A stretch of DNA of 53,823 nucleotides, counting the filler, from Sluysia triapertura (taxonomy: Eukaryota), in NCBI GenBank assembly GCA_046118255.1. It is 4 parts of 4 records of this genome, joined end to end, with 100 filler letters (N's around TTAATTAATTAA, not from the genome) between each part and the next. Parts side by side here need not be neighbours in the genome. Positions count along the whole stretch, not along the records: positions 14,142 to 27,116 come from JBJNIA010067510.1; positions 27,217 to 42,954 come from JBJNIA010220578.1; 2 more parts are not named here. The stretch is one strand, 5' to 3'. Position numbers and translations under genes: made by a program. The notes below the pieces were generated by a model that worked only from the letters and a program-made list of their open reading frames with translations, had not been told where the DNA came from and made no database searches. Of the stretch, positions 25,331 to 39,348 are shown one piece after another (the first letter of the stretch is position 1; each line of letters starts with the position of its first letter).

Positions 25331-27011
25331 TAATCGTGATGTAAAAATTGTAAAAGATAATATTTTAGCCAAACTAATAAATATCATGTGCATTGTACAA
25401 CAATACTGTACAATTTCGACCTAATAAGAATGCAGAATTGACAGTTAATGGTTTTACCTTGGATACAAGATCATGTCTTAACTAAACAAGTTTGTACTGC
25501 TTAATGTAATTTTCAAATGAGAAAAGATATCTCAAAAGTATTTCCAAGGGCCTTAAGAACTGTTATGAAATAAGCAAAATAAAACAGAGACAAAGTAAGG
25601 CCTATTTTAAGTACCTTAAGCACTGTTATGCATTAATTAATTTAAAATTAAAACATTCTTGTACATAAATTGTAACATCAATAGACTCAATTTTTAAACT
25701 ACTAAAGGAACAATAGTAACAAGATGCAGAATAATAATAGAACAATAGTAAAATATCTTATTCTAATAGATGTTTACTATATTTATAATTTAAGTTGGTG
25801 TACCTTGAGATGGTCACGGTGTGAAGATAGTACAAGAGAAATTGTTAAAGTGCTTGAGCATCTGAAGATGTGTAAATGTAATAATGTGTGGTGATGTAGT
25901 AGTAAGGTATGTTCTTATTTGACGTGGTAGTTTTGAGCCTGGATTCATCGCATGTTGTTTATACAAAATGCATTTAAATGAAACTATAAAATTATTTACA
26001 TAAGTATTGATAATGCAACCATAAAATGCATAATTATCCACATTTATTGTCTATTGAAGTGCACAGGTTTATCAATTTGAATAAAGAGTTTAACTTATGC
26101 ATTTGAGTACGAAAAACAAAATGAATTAAATATATTATAAATCATTAATTGTGCTACATATGCTATCCTTTTTAAGATAACATTTTTTGGTTTTAATTGC
26201 GTCACCTCAATCAATGTTTCAAAATAATCTTAAAATAACCTTAACTCGTTGATGAATCTACTGTAGTATAACCATCTTCTGTTCTTATTCCTTTTTTGAG
26301 TAAAACCCCAATTTTAATCAAAACTATTAATTTTATCTTTAAAATAAAATTTTCTATAAATTTAGTACTAATAATTCCATCTTTTTCCGACATCTCAAAT
26401 GTTCCATTTTCACGATGTATAAAATATTTAGTAGAAAGTTTTCCTTTATCTGTTTGTAATATCTCAAATTTAGTATCATAATATCCAAAATTTCCATATT
26501 CGCCTTATGATGTTTGGAATTTCAAATTTTTTCTTAATGCAATTTTGTAGTAATTGTGTTTGTACAACTAAAGGAGTTTCCCATGGTTCTCCTTGTCGCA
26601 CTAGTTATTCTGTATGATTATAAAATTCCACAATGAACATGCTAGTATTATTATCTGGTTGAGTATTATTTTCATTGGACAATAATTAATAAAGTTAACG
26701 CTTATGCCACTTATATCACGCATCCGTTCGGGTATTTTATATTCAATTCATTTAACAAATAACTTTTTATTTTTTATTTTGCCTTTGGTTTCTTTAATTA
26801 ATTTATTTAAAACTTGTGATTCTTTGTGATAAAATTTTTTTATACCGTCTTGTAATACATAAAATTATATGGTTTTGTCTTGTACAAATTTCACGAATTT
26901 TAAACATCTCATCACTCCATTTATTAAAATTTCTTATAAATGTAGTTAATTTAAAATCTTACAGAGTTACCAACTTTACATTTTGGTTTAATTTTTATAT
27001 TTTAAATTATA

Positions 27012-27116
27012 TTTCTGTCATATTTCCATAGATTAGTCAATGTTTTATTGAATAATGTGAAGTCAAATGAGGTATATGTAAAGCATGGAGTTCCTCAGGG
27101 ATCAATACTTGGTCCA
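27012..27116 (+). mobile_element. Non-LTR (CR1/L2-group) reverse transcriptase fragment at contig end
   Basis: In-frame FLSYFHRLVNVLLNNVKSNEVYVKHGVPQGSILGP; the GVPQGSxLGP motif runs into the gap. Confidence 0.85.
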
Positions 27117-27216
27117 NNNNNNNNNNNNNNNNNNNNNNNNNNNNNNNNNNNNNNNNNNNNTTAATTAATTAANNNNNNNNNNNNNNNNNNNNNNNNNNNN
27201 NNNNNNNNNNNNNNNN
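27117..27216. other. Assembly linker/gap
   Basis: 44 N + TTAATTAATTAA + 44 N. Confidence 0.98.
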
Positions 27217-27896
27217 TAATGTTAATTTCAATTTAATTAATATTAGAATTTTTTAAATGATCGTAATTTTAATAATTTTTACAATATTTTACAATTTTTT
27301 AGAAAATATAAAATATGAAAAATAAAACTGAAATTTTTACACCTTTACATTATTATCATTATTATTATTTATTACATTTATTATTTACAACCTGATATCT
27401 GTATACTTTACCGTGTTTGTAGATAATTTCATTGAATTTTAAAAAATGAATAAATACAGACACACCATGGTTTTAAAATAGAATTTGTATGGGTTCGTTA
27501 TGTAGTAGAAAATGTATGAATTAAGATTAATAGGATGATGACGAAATGGACGAAACCATAATTTTATATAGAAAATATTTTTAGAAAATATTTCGTTATT
27601 CAGTTAAATAAATTAGATATTTTCATTATTTACTCAACAATATTTGCATTAACAAAACTCATATTAAATTTTCAAGATACTTTGATTATTTACTTAACAA
27701 TTATTTGCATTATAATTTCAACTGTTTTTTTAATTCAGAATTTCATATTAGATTGTAAAATTAAGATACTTTATGAATCAACTTAATTTGTAACTAACGT
27801 ACATTAATAATTTTCTTATCATCCACTACTTTTAAGTAAATAGAATTGAGGTTTATGTTACTATCAATACCCATATTTAATAATCACGAAACTTAC

Positions 27897-28256
27897 CATT
27901 TCCACTTGGATAAAGGCGTCGAAATGCTTTGCCCAACTTTTCAGCCTGTTGTCTGCCAGCAACTGTTAACTCGCCGCCCCATTTAACAATAAGTAACAAG
28001 AGAACCCCACCATTGCCACATTCATCACAGACGTTACCTGGAAGAAGTATAAGTGATGGCATCGGTGTTGATGGAAAAGATTGCAAATTTGAAGAAACAC
28101 TCGATAAAGACGAAGAACGAACAGAATAACACAGTGATCCATGATTACAATTGGAAATCTTTTTCATTTGAATTTTTCGATTAATGCCACTAAAATGGCC
28201 GTACATTTCCAAAACATTTCTAAATGAAAACTTCGATAAATTTTTGTTTGTGACAT
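27897..28256 (-). CDS. PPIP5K: Single intact exon of inositol pyrophosphate kinase/phosphatase PPIP5K (VIP1)
   Basis: VLEMYGHFSGINRKIQ and LLLIVKWGGELTVAGRQQAEKLGKAFRRLYP are diagnostic. Bounded by a CTCATAG acceptor and GTAAGT donor, 360 nt, phase 1-1. Flanking exons not found on this contig. Confidence 0.85.
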
Positions 28257-28889
28257 CTATGAGAAAGCAATATTAAATTTAAATTCAAAATCTTTCATTA
28301 ACTAAACAAGGTTTACAACTTATTCAATGCTAAGAAAAAGCTCAACTGCAAAAATTTCGTTTCCGATTTAAAAATTTTGTAAATGTTTAATAATTTTCTC
28401 ACATGTAATTATTCATAACATTAATTAACAATATAATTCAAAAAGCATAAAAGATTCATGATAAAAATTATGATAATTAATGTAAGATATACACGACAAA
28501 TAAAATCAAATAAATTACTAATTTTGTAAATAAGATTGCATTTAATTGATTGCTGTATTTATTAATGGATGAATTATATCGTTACCTGCATATTGAAAGT
28601 ATGGTTTAAAGTGTTTTAATGCAGATACAAATTGAAGAAATTTATTAAAATGGATCATATTAAATTTCTTAAAATTACTTTTAATAAAATATTTAAAATT
28701 ATTACAACTCGCATAAGATTTAACATGAATTAAAGATTTAAATAATCAAAATAAACACGAAGAGCTATTTTATTTAGAAATTTACTAACACTGTTGTATT
28801 GTACACTAGAAACAAAGAGTATCAGGAGTATGTTTAAAAAAATGAACCGAATTAATACTTTACGTAGTAATTCGTGCATGATATTGATT

Positions 28890-29405
28890 AATAGTATACT
28901 AGGTTGTTTGTATATCGACATTTGACAGTTACCAAATGAATATGGTATAAATTTATTACAAATAGTGAATTTCGATATAGGACTCGAACTAAAATTGTCG
29001 ATACATAAATGTGCGTTTATACCGACAATTTCGCTTATCGAATGTACAGATACTAGTCTAAGAGGAATGTCTCGAGTTGATTGATACCATTGATCTTCGT
29101 AGTTACAACTAAATTCATCACTAATGTACTTAACAACTTCATTAAATCTGCAGACATGAACATAATCGGAATGTCAGTTTTATATGAGAAACTAATGTTG
29201 TAAACTGATCTCCGTAGTTGAAAATAAATTCATCATTAATGTATTTAACAATTTTATTGAATCTACAATTACCGTCAATATGATAGGATTTCATAAGAGT
29301 TTCGATTAAAAACTTTACTTGAGTATGATCTAACGAAGCATAATTTAAATTAACATTATCATGGGGGTAATCAGATTGAAAACTTAAATGTATGGATGTT
29401 CTCAT
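28890..29405 (-). pseudogene. RWD-domain plus RING-like relic (RNF25-like?)
   Basis: LSFQSDYP (RWD YP motif), followed after a frameshifting internal duplication by HLCIDNF...FTICNKLYHIHL (degenerate RING-like). Confidence 0.35.
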
Positions 29406-29639
29406 TACTTTGAATAATGAATAAACTTACCTACATAACAACACTGATCAAGAGTTGTGAATAAATTATTATCTACGAAAATTATAATAACAAGATATAT
29501 ATACGTCAAAAATAAAATTGTGTTACTACTATTTTTAGTACTGAATATATATAATAAGACACACAATACGATGCGGTAAATTATAATTTAAAGAAATTTA
29601 TTATTGTTGTAATTATTATTATTATTATTATGACTGTTA

Positions 29640-30290
29640 ATATTATTACTCTTGATTCTTTTGTAAGTAGATCCTTTAATCTACACAAGATCCACCCTAC
29701 ACCGATGACGGCACAATAGCACAAACCCCGATCCAAATCCATTTTGACATAGTAAAGATTTGAATAATCTCGAACGCACTCTCATAAGAAAGCTACATGT
29801 GACTATTTTCTCTCAGCCTATCATTTTTACTAGTAACTTCTCCAACGGCCTGATCTACAACAGATAAATGACATCCTTCATGCTGATTTGTGATGTGTTC
29901 TTGTACTTGTTCTAAATCATCGAAGACAAATATATAAATAAAGACAAGTACACAAATAATTGCAGGTTGTTGAATGGGCATGTTTTAAAACTGGTTTATT
30001 TGCTTATTACATTCTCACTTTTATCTCTTTCGGTTGTTTTTTGACACTGGAATTTTTTTAGATCATACTGTATTTGAGTATCAGTTTCTGTTATTTTAGC
30101 TTCTTGAATGTTTGCAAAACTCAATGTATATTTTTCCTTATAAGATTTATTAACTTCATCTTAATTAAAGTAACCAATGTGTTGAAGCTGAATAATATCA
30201 TCTTTATTTAAAGAAACCAACTCTTTGTAACAAATCATGCAATGTTCATGTTTCCAATCTTGAAAATCATTATCTTAGTCTATTACACTC
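29640..30290 (-). pseudogene. Degenerate zinc-finger-containing coding relic
   Basis: HCMICYKELVSL...H and TCPF...EQVQEHITNQH in broken frames; family not assignable. Confidence 0.25.
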
Positions 30291-32355
30291 TTTGTTACAA
30301 GATTGTCGTAATAATATGTTGATAAAGATATATAAGATTCAATATCTGGACAACTGATAATTAAGTTATTTAAAAAGTTTTTTTGAAATTTCTAGCTTCT
30401 GAGATCTTATCATAATATTTCTATAATTTGTCCATTCAAATTCTTTTGATAGATTTTGTAAACATATTTCCACAATTAACAAATGTAACAATTATTGATT
30501 CTTCAATTAGATTAACGTCTTTTCTATCTTCTTGTTCGTATGCGATAATAGAAATATTGGTTATATAGCATTCACTTTAGTACGTGAGCATTGAACATTC
30601 GATTATTATTGCGAATAGGTAAAGGTGAAACTTAAGTTATAAAAGATGATAAAAATGTCGATGAAGGTTAAAAATGATGAGAGAATTAAAATGCGAATTA
30701 GAAAAGAAAGGAAAAAGAAAATAAAATCGAAGGTTAAGGAAATTCTAAAGAAATTGGTATATACATTATATTGTAAAAATTTTTATTTATAAATGTTACA
30801 TTTTAAAGTTTATTTTGATGTGATATGTAGATTAAGTATTTGTGATTGTATACTTAGAATGATAACAATTATTATTAGAATGATGGTGTATGTTTAGAAT
30901 GATAACAATTATTATAAATAGAAAGGTTGATCCACTACCATAATTATGATGTCTAAGTCTATGACAGCTTTTAAAGATTTATTCAAGTATAGTGTAGTTC
31001 AAGTATAATGCACTTAAAAATGATTTATTATATATTAAAACTTCTATTTGAAACGCTCAAATTAAAACGTCTTCCATCGAGCGATCAAAAAATTTTCAGA
31101 CTTTATGTAATGTCGAGGTTGTGAATCTTACGTGGTACATGAAAATGTGAATTATAAAACTTGTTAATTACATGTGATTCACGGAAGGGGCAAAAACCTA
31201 AGATATTAAAATTTTAATAGATTTTATTTTTAAGCACTAAATCTGTAATTGTTTTAGCACTAATGAATAACCACGCATTAAAGTTTAAAAAATGTATAGA
31301 TATGTTAATTATTTTGTAAACAAAAATATAAACTCATACATACAACAAAAAATTTCATCAAAACTTCAAAAATTGCAATTAATATTGAATTAGTCTATGA
31401 AAATAATTTTCTATCTTAAAGAAATATGCTAATTCCAAAAAACAATAGAATACAAAATCAATAAGTTACAATATTATATGTTCTAAGTCTTAAAAGAAAT
31501 TTAGAAGAATTTTAAAGAACGCAAAATGATAATAAAATAAATTGTAAACATTATATGCTCAACATAAATATAGCACTCATTTTAATCATCACTTTAATTT
31601 TCATCAATTATAAAAAAATTATTGAGATCATGTTTTTATAGAAAAACTATTTTAAATTGAGATTCATGGAGGTCATATAAATTCAAAATTTAGTAAGAAA
31701 TAACAATCATTTTAAGTCAAAATTGTACAGAATAATCATTTTAAATTTAAATTTATAAACAATAAATTAAATAAATAAAATCATTTTAAATTAAGTTCGG
31801 ATGGAAATAATATGAAATTAAAATTTAAGAAAATAATATTCGATCAAAATCACCTTAAAAACAAGAATTAGAATAATCTGTTAAATAAAATAAAATCATG
31901 TTAAATTAGGATTAAATAGAGATAATATTGTAAAGATGTACATTTTAAAGATATTTTGAACATTTGATTGTAATTTTTTAATTAATTCTCATATTTATTT
32001 ATTTTTAATTGTAATATTTGCAAATATTTAATAGTTTAAATTAAAATATATCTAAAAAACTTGTAAACAAATCATTCAAAATTTTAAATGTACATATTGC
32101 GTTGGCTTTAAGGCGTTTGTTATTATTCGGTTTACAAAATTATGAGAATCACTTAAGATTAAAGTGGTTAGTTTATGATCAAAATTGGACTTAAGGTCCT
32201 TAATATTATCTTGAAATTTCTCGATTAAAATAACTCGAATATTTATTAAAACTCTATTAATTAACTGAAAATCATTAAGATATAAATCGAAAAACAAATT
32301 TGAATAAAAGTGGAAATTTATTGAGTGTAAATAACATGAATCTAAAACTTGGAGT

Positions 32356-32560
32356 TCATGGCTTCGAAAAGATCTGGAAACGACTTGATAACGCTTTGAC
32401 GCAATTCCACGGTCCTTGATCGTTCAATCTACACTTTTCGATCGTGTTATCTGTTTCGTGTTCGTGTTCCGATTTGCCTAAAGTTATGTATAAAAACGTT
32501 CGATCGAAATCATTTGATCGTGATCCAAAAAAGAGCACAAATCTCCTTCACATCCACTAA
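32356..32560 (-). mobile_element. Possible retrotransposon gag relic
   Basis: FSGCEGDLCSFL and WNCVKALSSRF resemble gag FxG..D..FL and WxxLKxxLxxRF motifs; frameshifted. Confidence 0.3.
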
Positions 32561-33539
32561 AACATTATTCTAACAATCCTATTTCATAACTTTATAACAT
32601 CAAAATTACATTTCTTAACATTGCACGACTACCTTTTCGAATGTATCAAAACCGTTGCTATATTGTTTTCCTTTCAGATCCACTAAAATCTTTTTTACAC
32701 CTCAAAATATTTTAAATTTACAGCTTTACAACATCAAAACCACACTTATATTCAAATTCATTAACGAACATTAAAATTTATTCAAAACATTTTTATTCAC
32801 AATCTCATAATTACATTTACATCTTAAACTATTAAATATACGTCTTAAAAGCAATCCAAAACACTTCAAGTTCACAATTCTTTAATATTTAATCATGCTT
32901 TATCCTTTAAACCATTTCACGTATCCTTAACATCAAAGTCACATTTCATAAATCATTTTTAACAATTTCAATTATGTCAAGAAATAGAATAATTTAAAAA
33001 GACAGATCATGTAAACCATTCAAAAGATTTATGTTCCTTAAATTTTATGATATTATTTTATTTTATTTTATTCAATTACTTTTTTATAATTATTATGCTA
33101 ATCATTTTATTATTCCACACAATCATTATTATTTTTTTACTAATATTAAACCTTGTTTTTAACCACATAATCTGCCATCAATTGACATTGTTAATTCAGT
33201 TCAGTACACATTGTTCAATAATTGATTTAATTGCTTTGATTTGATTCGACGCACAATCAATCTTGGTGTTTTACATATCGTTCTCACTGAACTCGAGTGA
33301 TTATTGGACGTCCAATCAACATCAACACTATGATATCATTACCAAAAATAAAAGTAATACTATGCATAAGTTGGACAGCAAAAAAAGTAAAAACAAAAAG
33401 ATAATTACTATTTTTGAGAGTGTTATTTAAGATAATTATTTGTGAGAAAAAGATAATCATTTTGAATTAGAAATAAACAATCATTTCTGTGAAAAGACAA
33501 TTAAAAGATTATTATAGTTAAAAGAATTTAACATTATAA

Positions 33540-34290
33540 ATGATCTGTTATTTCACTGATAATTACGGTTTGATAGCGCCACCGAAAATTTTAAACTTTT
33601 TGAATTGTAAAGTTAACGAAATTCGAGTTAGATTAGTACGAATACAAAATATTAGTATAAGAAATATAACCGTACGATTTTACCCTCATCAGTCGAAAAG
33701 ACTTATTAAGATTTGTAAAAGTAACTAAGAAATCATTTTAGTAGATGCAAATCATGTTTCTCCCCTTTACCTCACAAAAAGATAAAAGGATTTTTAGATT
33801 AAATGTAACAACTGACGATACAAAAACGTATCAATGCATTTTTAACGATTCATGATTTAGTATAGATTGATGATCTTATCATGACAAGTATCACTATTCA
33901 AGACAGAAATATCAAACAATAAATCAAAAATTAATCATTTTAAAATTTATCATGGTGGTGATATACCTTTCGATGCAAATTCACATATTTATCCGAATGA
34001 AGACAAACGCTACACAGTTTGTACACAATTACGCCAACCAGTCAATGTTCTAGGTTTGGAAAAAAATGTCAGTACGTTCATCATGTCTTCGAATTCAAAG
34101 ATAGTTCCAGTTATCCTGCCTATTTCTACGAGCACAACAATCGTATCAATACTCCTCTCTCGAGTTTGATTGCAATGACAGTAAATTTAATAATTCATAT
34201 TACATTTTATTTTTTGATGTGAAACTATCTTATTATTCATATTTATTTAGATTTAAGACGAGAAACGCGATCGAACATATTAAGAGTATG
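33540..34290 (+). pseudogene. Cadherin ectodomain relic
   Basis: VDANHVSPLY, GGDIPFDANS, KTNATQF and DLRRET echo cadherin DxNDNxPxF, DGGxP and LDRE motifs; many lesions. Confidence 0.4.
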
Positions 34291-37200
34291 AATTAAAATT
34301 TATATCTCAGATATGTTTAAATAAAATAAATGTATTTAATTCTTATCATTGTTTGCTTCTATGTTTTAAAAATTCTGAATTAATTTGTTTAAAAAAAATT
34401 TTTATAAATAATAATTTTGTTAATAATCTTCCTCTTTCAAGAATAATTATTTTTAATATAAGGTTAATTTCATTTATAAAAAGACTAAATGCGTTTTCCA
34501 AAATAAAATACAATAATTTTAAAATACCAATACCACACTCAGTCCTGTCAACAATATCACCATTGTCGTTATAAACATCGTCGGCCAGAAGGAGCAAATT
34601 GCATGCGCCGATATGACATAATTTAGATGTTAATGCTGAACTTTTGTCATATCCAATTTATCGACCAAATCACCTGATAAGAGCTTACTTTGTGCGCGAA
34701 CACAGGCACTATCAATTTCCATACAAAAAAGAGATAATAGTAACTTTCGAATTTCAACTAAATCGCTCAATAGGGATAAATTTTTAAAATCAGAAAATAT
34801 CTACAATAATATTTTCAAGTAAATATAAAAAACGTATAGATTAAAATAATTTCCAATATTAAAACAATTGATATTTCACAAAAATGAATTAAATGTAAAA
34901 AAAAATCAAATGTAAAAACCGAATCAATGCACCAATTAAATGAGAAATTTGTTAGATGAAACCATAAAACTTTCCTTTTTTGCTTTGAAAGGATTCACTT
35001 TACAAGGTTTCAAAAATAAATCTTCATTTCTTATTGATTGACGGTACTCAATCAATTCTCGTAAAGTCTAGCTTAACATATTTCGTTTCATTTTGTTACT
35101 GATTGTTAAACTCTGAATTTCAGGATGTAAACTTTGCATATCAGATTATAGACACTTAGTTTGGTGTGCTGCTAAAGTGAACGAAGGAGGCGATAATAAC
35201 AAAAATACTTATGATACTCTTATAATTGATTAATATAATTTGTAGATTACTGGTGATTGGTGATTCTGTTGCTTAGATTTCGTAGCTTAAACGGAAAGTG
35301 ATGAAGTTATTAGGTGAATGAAATGTTTATAAATGAGGTTGATGTGAGTTCTGGTTATATTTGTGCTTGTGTTTGGCAAAAAAAGTGAGGTTGTCATTAA
35401 ACATATTTATACTTATTTTATTACACTTATGAACATGAAAAACAAATAATATGTTACATAATATAATTATTATAAATAGACAATTGCTATAAAATTTTCT
35501 CACAAAAAATTATTGAGACTTCAAAAAGGCGATATTAATTTTGGTACAAGTTAATTGATAATTCTTTCGCAGTGTTGTAGAGCTAATTTTATTTCAAAAT
35601 CAACAACACTTTGGTGGAAATTGATTGGAATTGTATTTTCTATGACAAGAAAATCCATGTCATCGTAAATTAATTATTTTAAGTTTTTGGCTTTAATCTT
35701 CAGCTTCAAAATCCGACTTAAATTACTGTTTATTTTAAAAGCCAATAGTTCAACTTATTTTTTAAAATATTAATTAACTAAGGAGAATATACTTAATTTG
35801 AACTTTGTCTTATTTGTTTATATTATTATACTTTTGGTATATAAATAATTTATCTTTAATAAATTTTCGTGTACTTATTTGTGTTTGTCTTAATTGAATT
35901 ACGAGAGGTTTAAAAGAAAATACGCCATTTGAGAATTTGTAATATTAAGAATCCTCATTTACATTAATTATCTTTAAAAAGATAGATTTAAGAGATTGAG
36001 AGACTTGACAAAATTATAGAATATTATAGAATAATTATAACATATTTCATAGCAGTGTTTAGGGATTCTTTTCGTAGTTAATGGATTGAAAAAACCTGTA
36101 ACTGTGACTTCCGTAGGGATATAAACCACGAGATTACAGGCGAACCCATAAGATAATTTTTATAATTGCTTGTAAAAAGAAAAAATTTACAGCAATATGT
36201 AATCAAAATTTAATAACATTATATTCGACCAAAATCATTTTAAATTAAGATTAGATAGAGTAGATAGAAATAATACGATATTAAAGCATTATGATCGACT
36301 AAAACCATCTTAAATAAAAATGATATTAAATTAAAATTTAGTACAACAATATTCAGACTAGAATAACTAATTTTGTAATTGAATGACACGCTTTTTATTA
36401 ATTACTATATAATATTTAGAATTTGTAATTATTTAGAATTAGATGTCATTGTTATTTGTAATTCTATTCTATTATAACACTACGTTGTTGTACTATTACT
36501 TAGAATTTGTAATTATACGTTATTATAACATTATTATTATATTAAACACGAACTGAAATAATATTATTTAATAATTAATTATTGAAACATAATTTAGAAC
36601 AAATTATTGTAGTAAATAATACATTTATCGTCTGTATTATCTGTAAATATTATCAATTAACTATTATGCAAAATAGTATGAATAACAAAACTAAACAAAG
36701 CAGAACAGAACAGAATAAAATGAATTAGTCTAGTTGAAGCTATATTATTTGAAACATTTGCTGATTGGTCTATTTGATTGAAACCACGTTTGTAAGAAAT
36801 GTTCATGTGTGATGAAGTGTGTTTGTGATTTTGATGTAATTTCCTAACACCATTTTTTGAAGGACTTAAATTTATTCAAAATTTTGTCTAATTTTAGATA
36901 TAAATTACATTTTAAATTACTTGAACAAATCAAACTTTTAAAAGTTAACAAATTAAGAAATAAAACAGGCTTAATGACTTTAAAAACAAAACTCAATTTT
37001 AAAAGCAATAAATCAACAAAATTTAACGTTTTATTATTAAACAAGATTAAAATTATTATAGTAAAAGTAACATACCTAACTCTCTCTATTAATTCACTAA
37101 TTAGATTATAAAATTAGCAGCTCCAATGATAAGGCTTTTTGTATATTCAGCTTTGCAATCATGTTGAATATCTTAAAAATCATCGTCACAAAAGATTCTT

Positions 37201-37619
37201 CCACAAACATTTTTACATAATCTTTAAATATTGATTTTTTTGAAATTTTTTAACTTGGTAATAAATCAATATTAATTTTTGTTCATTTATATCTTTTATA
37301 ATTTCAGGATTGCTTTCAGTACAAATTTTGGAGATTTACCAGGTTATAATTTGAATATTTGATCTAACAAAAATTAATTTGTAGTGAATTGGTTATCATT
37401 CTACGTGAATAAGATGTTTTGGATTTCAGTATTTTCATCTATTATTTTAATTTCATCAGAATTTTTGGAGAATGTAGTTATTTTCCAACATTTTATAAAG
37501 TTTTCATACTTTTGATTAATAACATTGTAGTGGTTATTTTATTATTATCTACAGAATTAAAATTATTGTTATTTCTTTTGTTATTTATATTATTACGAGA
37601 AATTTTATTTGTATGAAAA

Positions 37620-39060
37620 CTAAAGTTACCTTCAAATTGGTGCTTAAGGCACGCGAAAATTTCTTTGTGAAAGAAAACTTTGAAGTAAAAATAACATGAA
37701 AATTCTTTATTGTACATAAATAGGACAAACTTTACAAAAATTGGTGACACATTAAAAAAAACAAACAACCATAATCATATAAGACTTACATTCATTATAG
37801 GTAATGGCTCTATCGAATGTCCGGTCATTGCATGCGCTCGTCTCAAATTTTTGAACAATATAAGTTGTATGATAAGGCTTAGAAGTGATTAAAAAATCAT
37901 ACAGAAGGTAAACAGTGACGTATCTATACTGGTTTTAAAATTATTTAAGAACATATATTGGCCTCGATGAATACGTTCATTCACGTTGTACATATTATCT
38001 TTGTTCGTCTTTTTATTTTCAAAATCAACTAAAATATTATGTTCGTAATAAAAAATTACATCAATATGATAAAACATAAAAACAAAAAGAATATTATATT
38101 CAGGATGAACAATAACGTGGTTATAACAAATCTCAGAAATATTTAACTCTTTATGAACGTATTCACCTGTAATATGAGTGTCTACTTCATTCGTCTTCAC
38201 AGTTTCAAAATTATTTAAAAAGTTAAGTTCGACGATCGGTTGTGAAAACACATTATCCAAGATTATTATAATAACGATGCATCGTGTAATTAATGCGAAC
38301 GACAGAAACAAAGATGTCAGAATTCGAATCAAAGATTGAATCGGAAATTAAATCAAAATTTAAATCAAAAATAACGTTACAGGCTTCTATGTCTACTGAC
38401 TCGTCATCGGTACCAAGTAAGTAATGGTCTTGTTTGACCTGACTGCTTTTTAGCAAATTAATTATAAAACTTAAGCAAACAATTCTATGCAATAGATAAA
38501 CTTCACAAACTATGTAGTCTAAAGCTCTCTTTAGAACAGAAACATTACTTGGTACATGATGCAAGATTAATTTCAAATTTTATTTCAAAATTATTATACA
38601 TATTCGATTTCAAACCCGGCATAGAACAATACCAAGTCCGTTTTGATTCCACTGTACACTTTATTCGATACGTAAATTTCAAGATCGAATTATCTAACTT
38701 TTCTAAACCAATACCTACATCTTCCTTCGTATGGAATTAAATCTGATTTATATTGGTGAGTTATTTTATCAATGTGAACAAAAACTTTAAGTGCAACGGA
38801 TTCATTTAAATGATAATATTTACCATAAGAAGGCTTAGAAATATAAAAATCTTTAATTTGAAAACATTTTACGCATATATGCAAAATCGAAACAATCAAT
38901 ATGAAAAATATATTGTAATATGGTTCATTTTTTTAATGATTAAAAATGAACTTCTAAAAACAGTTCCAAAGGTAATTCCACATGTATGGGTTTTTGCCTT
39001 TCCAATAAACATTAAATTAATTGTTGGAGATTCCTTAGTAAATTCATGTATATGGATATT
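37620..39060 (-). pseudogene. Protocadherin-like relic (EC repeats plus hydrophobic segment)
   Basis: IHIHEFTKESPTI, VLKRALDY, TRCIVIIIILDNVFSQPIV and HVIVHPEYN spread across five frameshifted ORFs, followed by a hydrophobic stretch. Confidence 0.55.
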
Positions 39061-39144
39061 TATTTTATCCATTAAACTATCATAATCAATAAAACCTTTT
39101 CCTAATTCATCGAAACAGTTGAAAACTTGTTCAAAATCGAACAT
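39061..39144 (-). pseudogene. EF-hand fragment
   Basis: MFDFEQVFNCFDELGKGFIDYDSL fits a helix-loop-helix EF-hand (F..FD..GKG.I...L). It runs in frame into cadherin-like sequence. Confidence 0.45.
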
Positions 39145-39348
39145 TTAAAATATAAAAATTTTAGTCTATCTAAGAATTTTAAAATATAAAATATAAATCT
39201 TTAATATTAAAACAATTTTGTATAAAACATAAAACATATGAAAACAAACGAAGTCAAAAAGGCAAAAATAAGTATTCAAAAATTGATATAAAACCTAAAA
39301 TAATTGTTATTTAATATAATATTACGGTAAAAAATTAAAAATGTAAAT

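Noticed and set aside
25814-26041. DNYAFYGC resembling a BspA-type leucine-rich repeat
   Set aside because: Single occurrence with no repeat periodicity.
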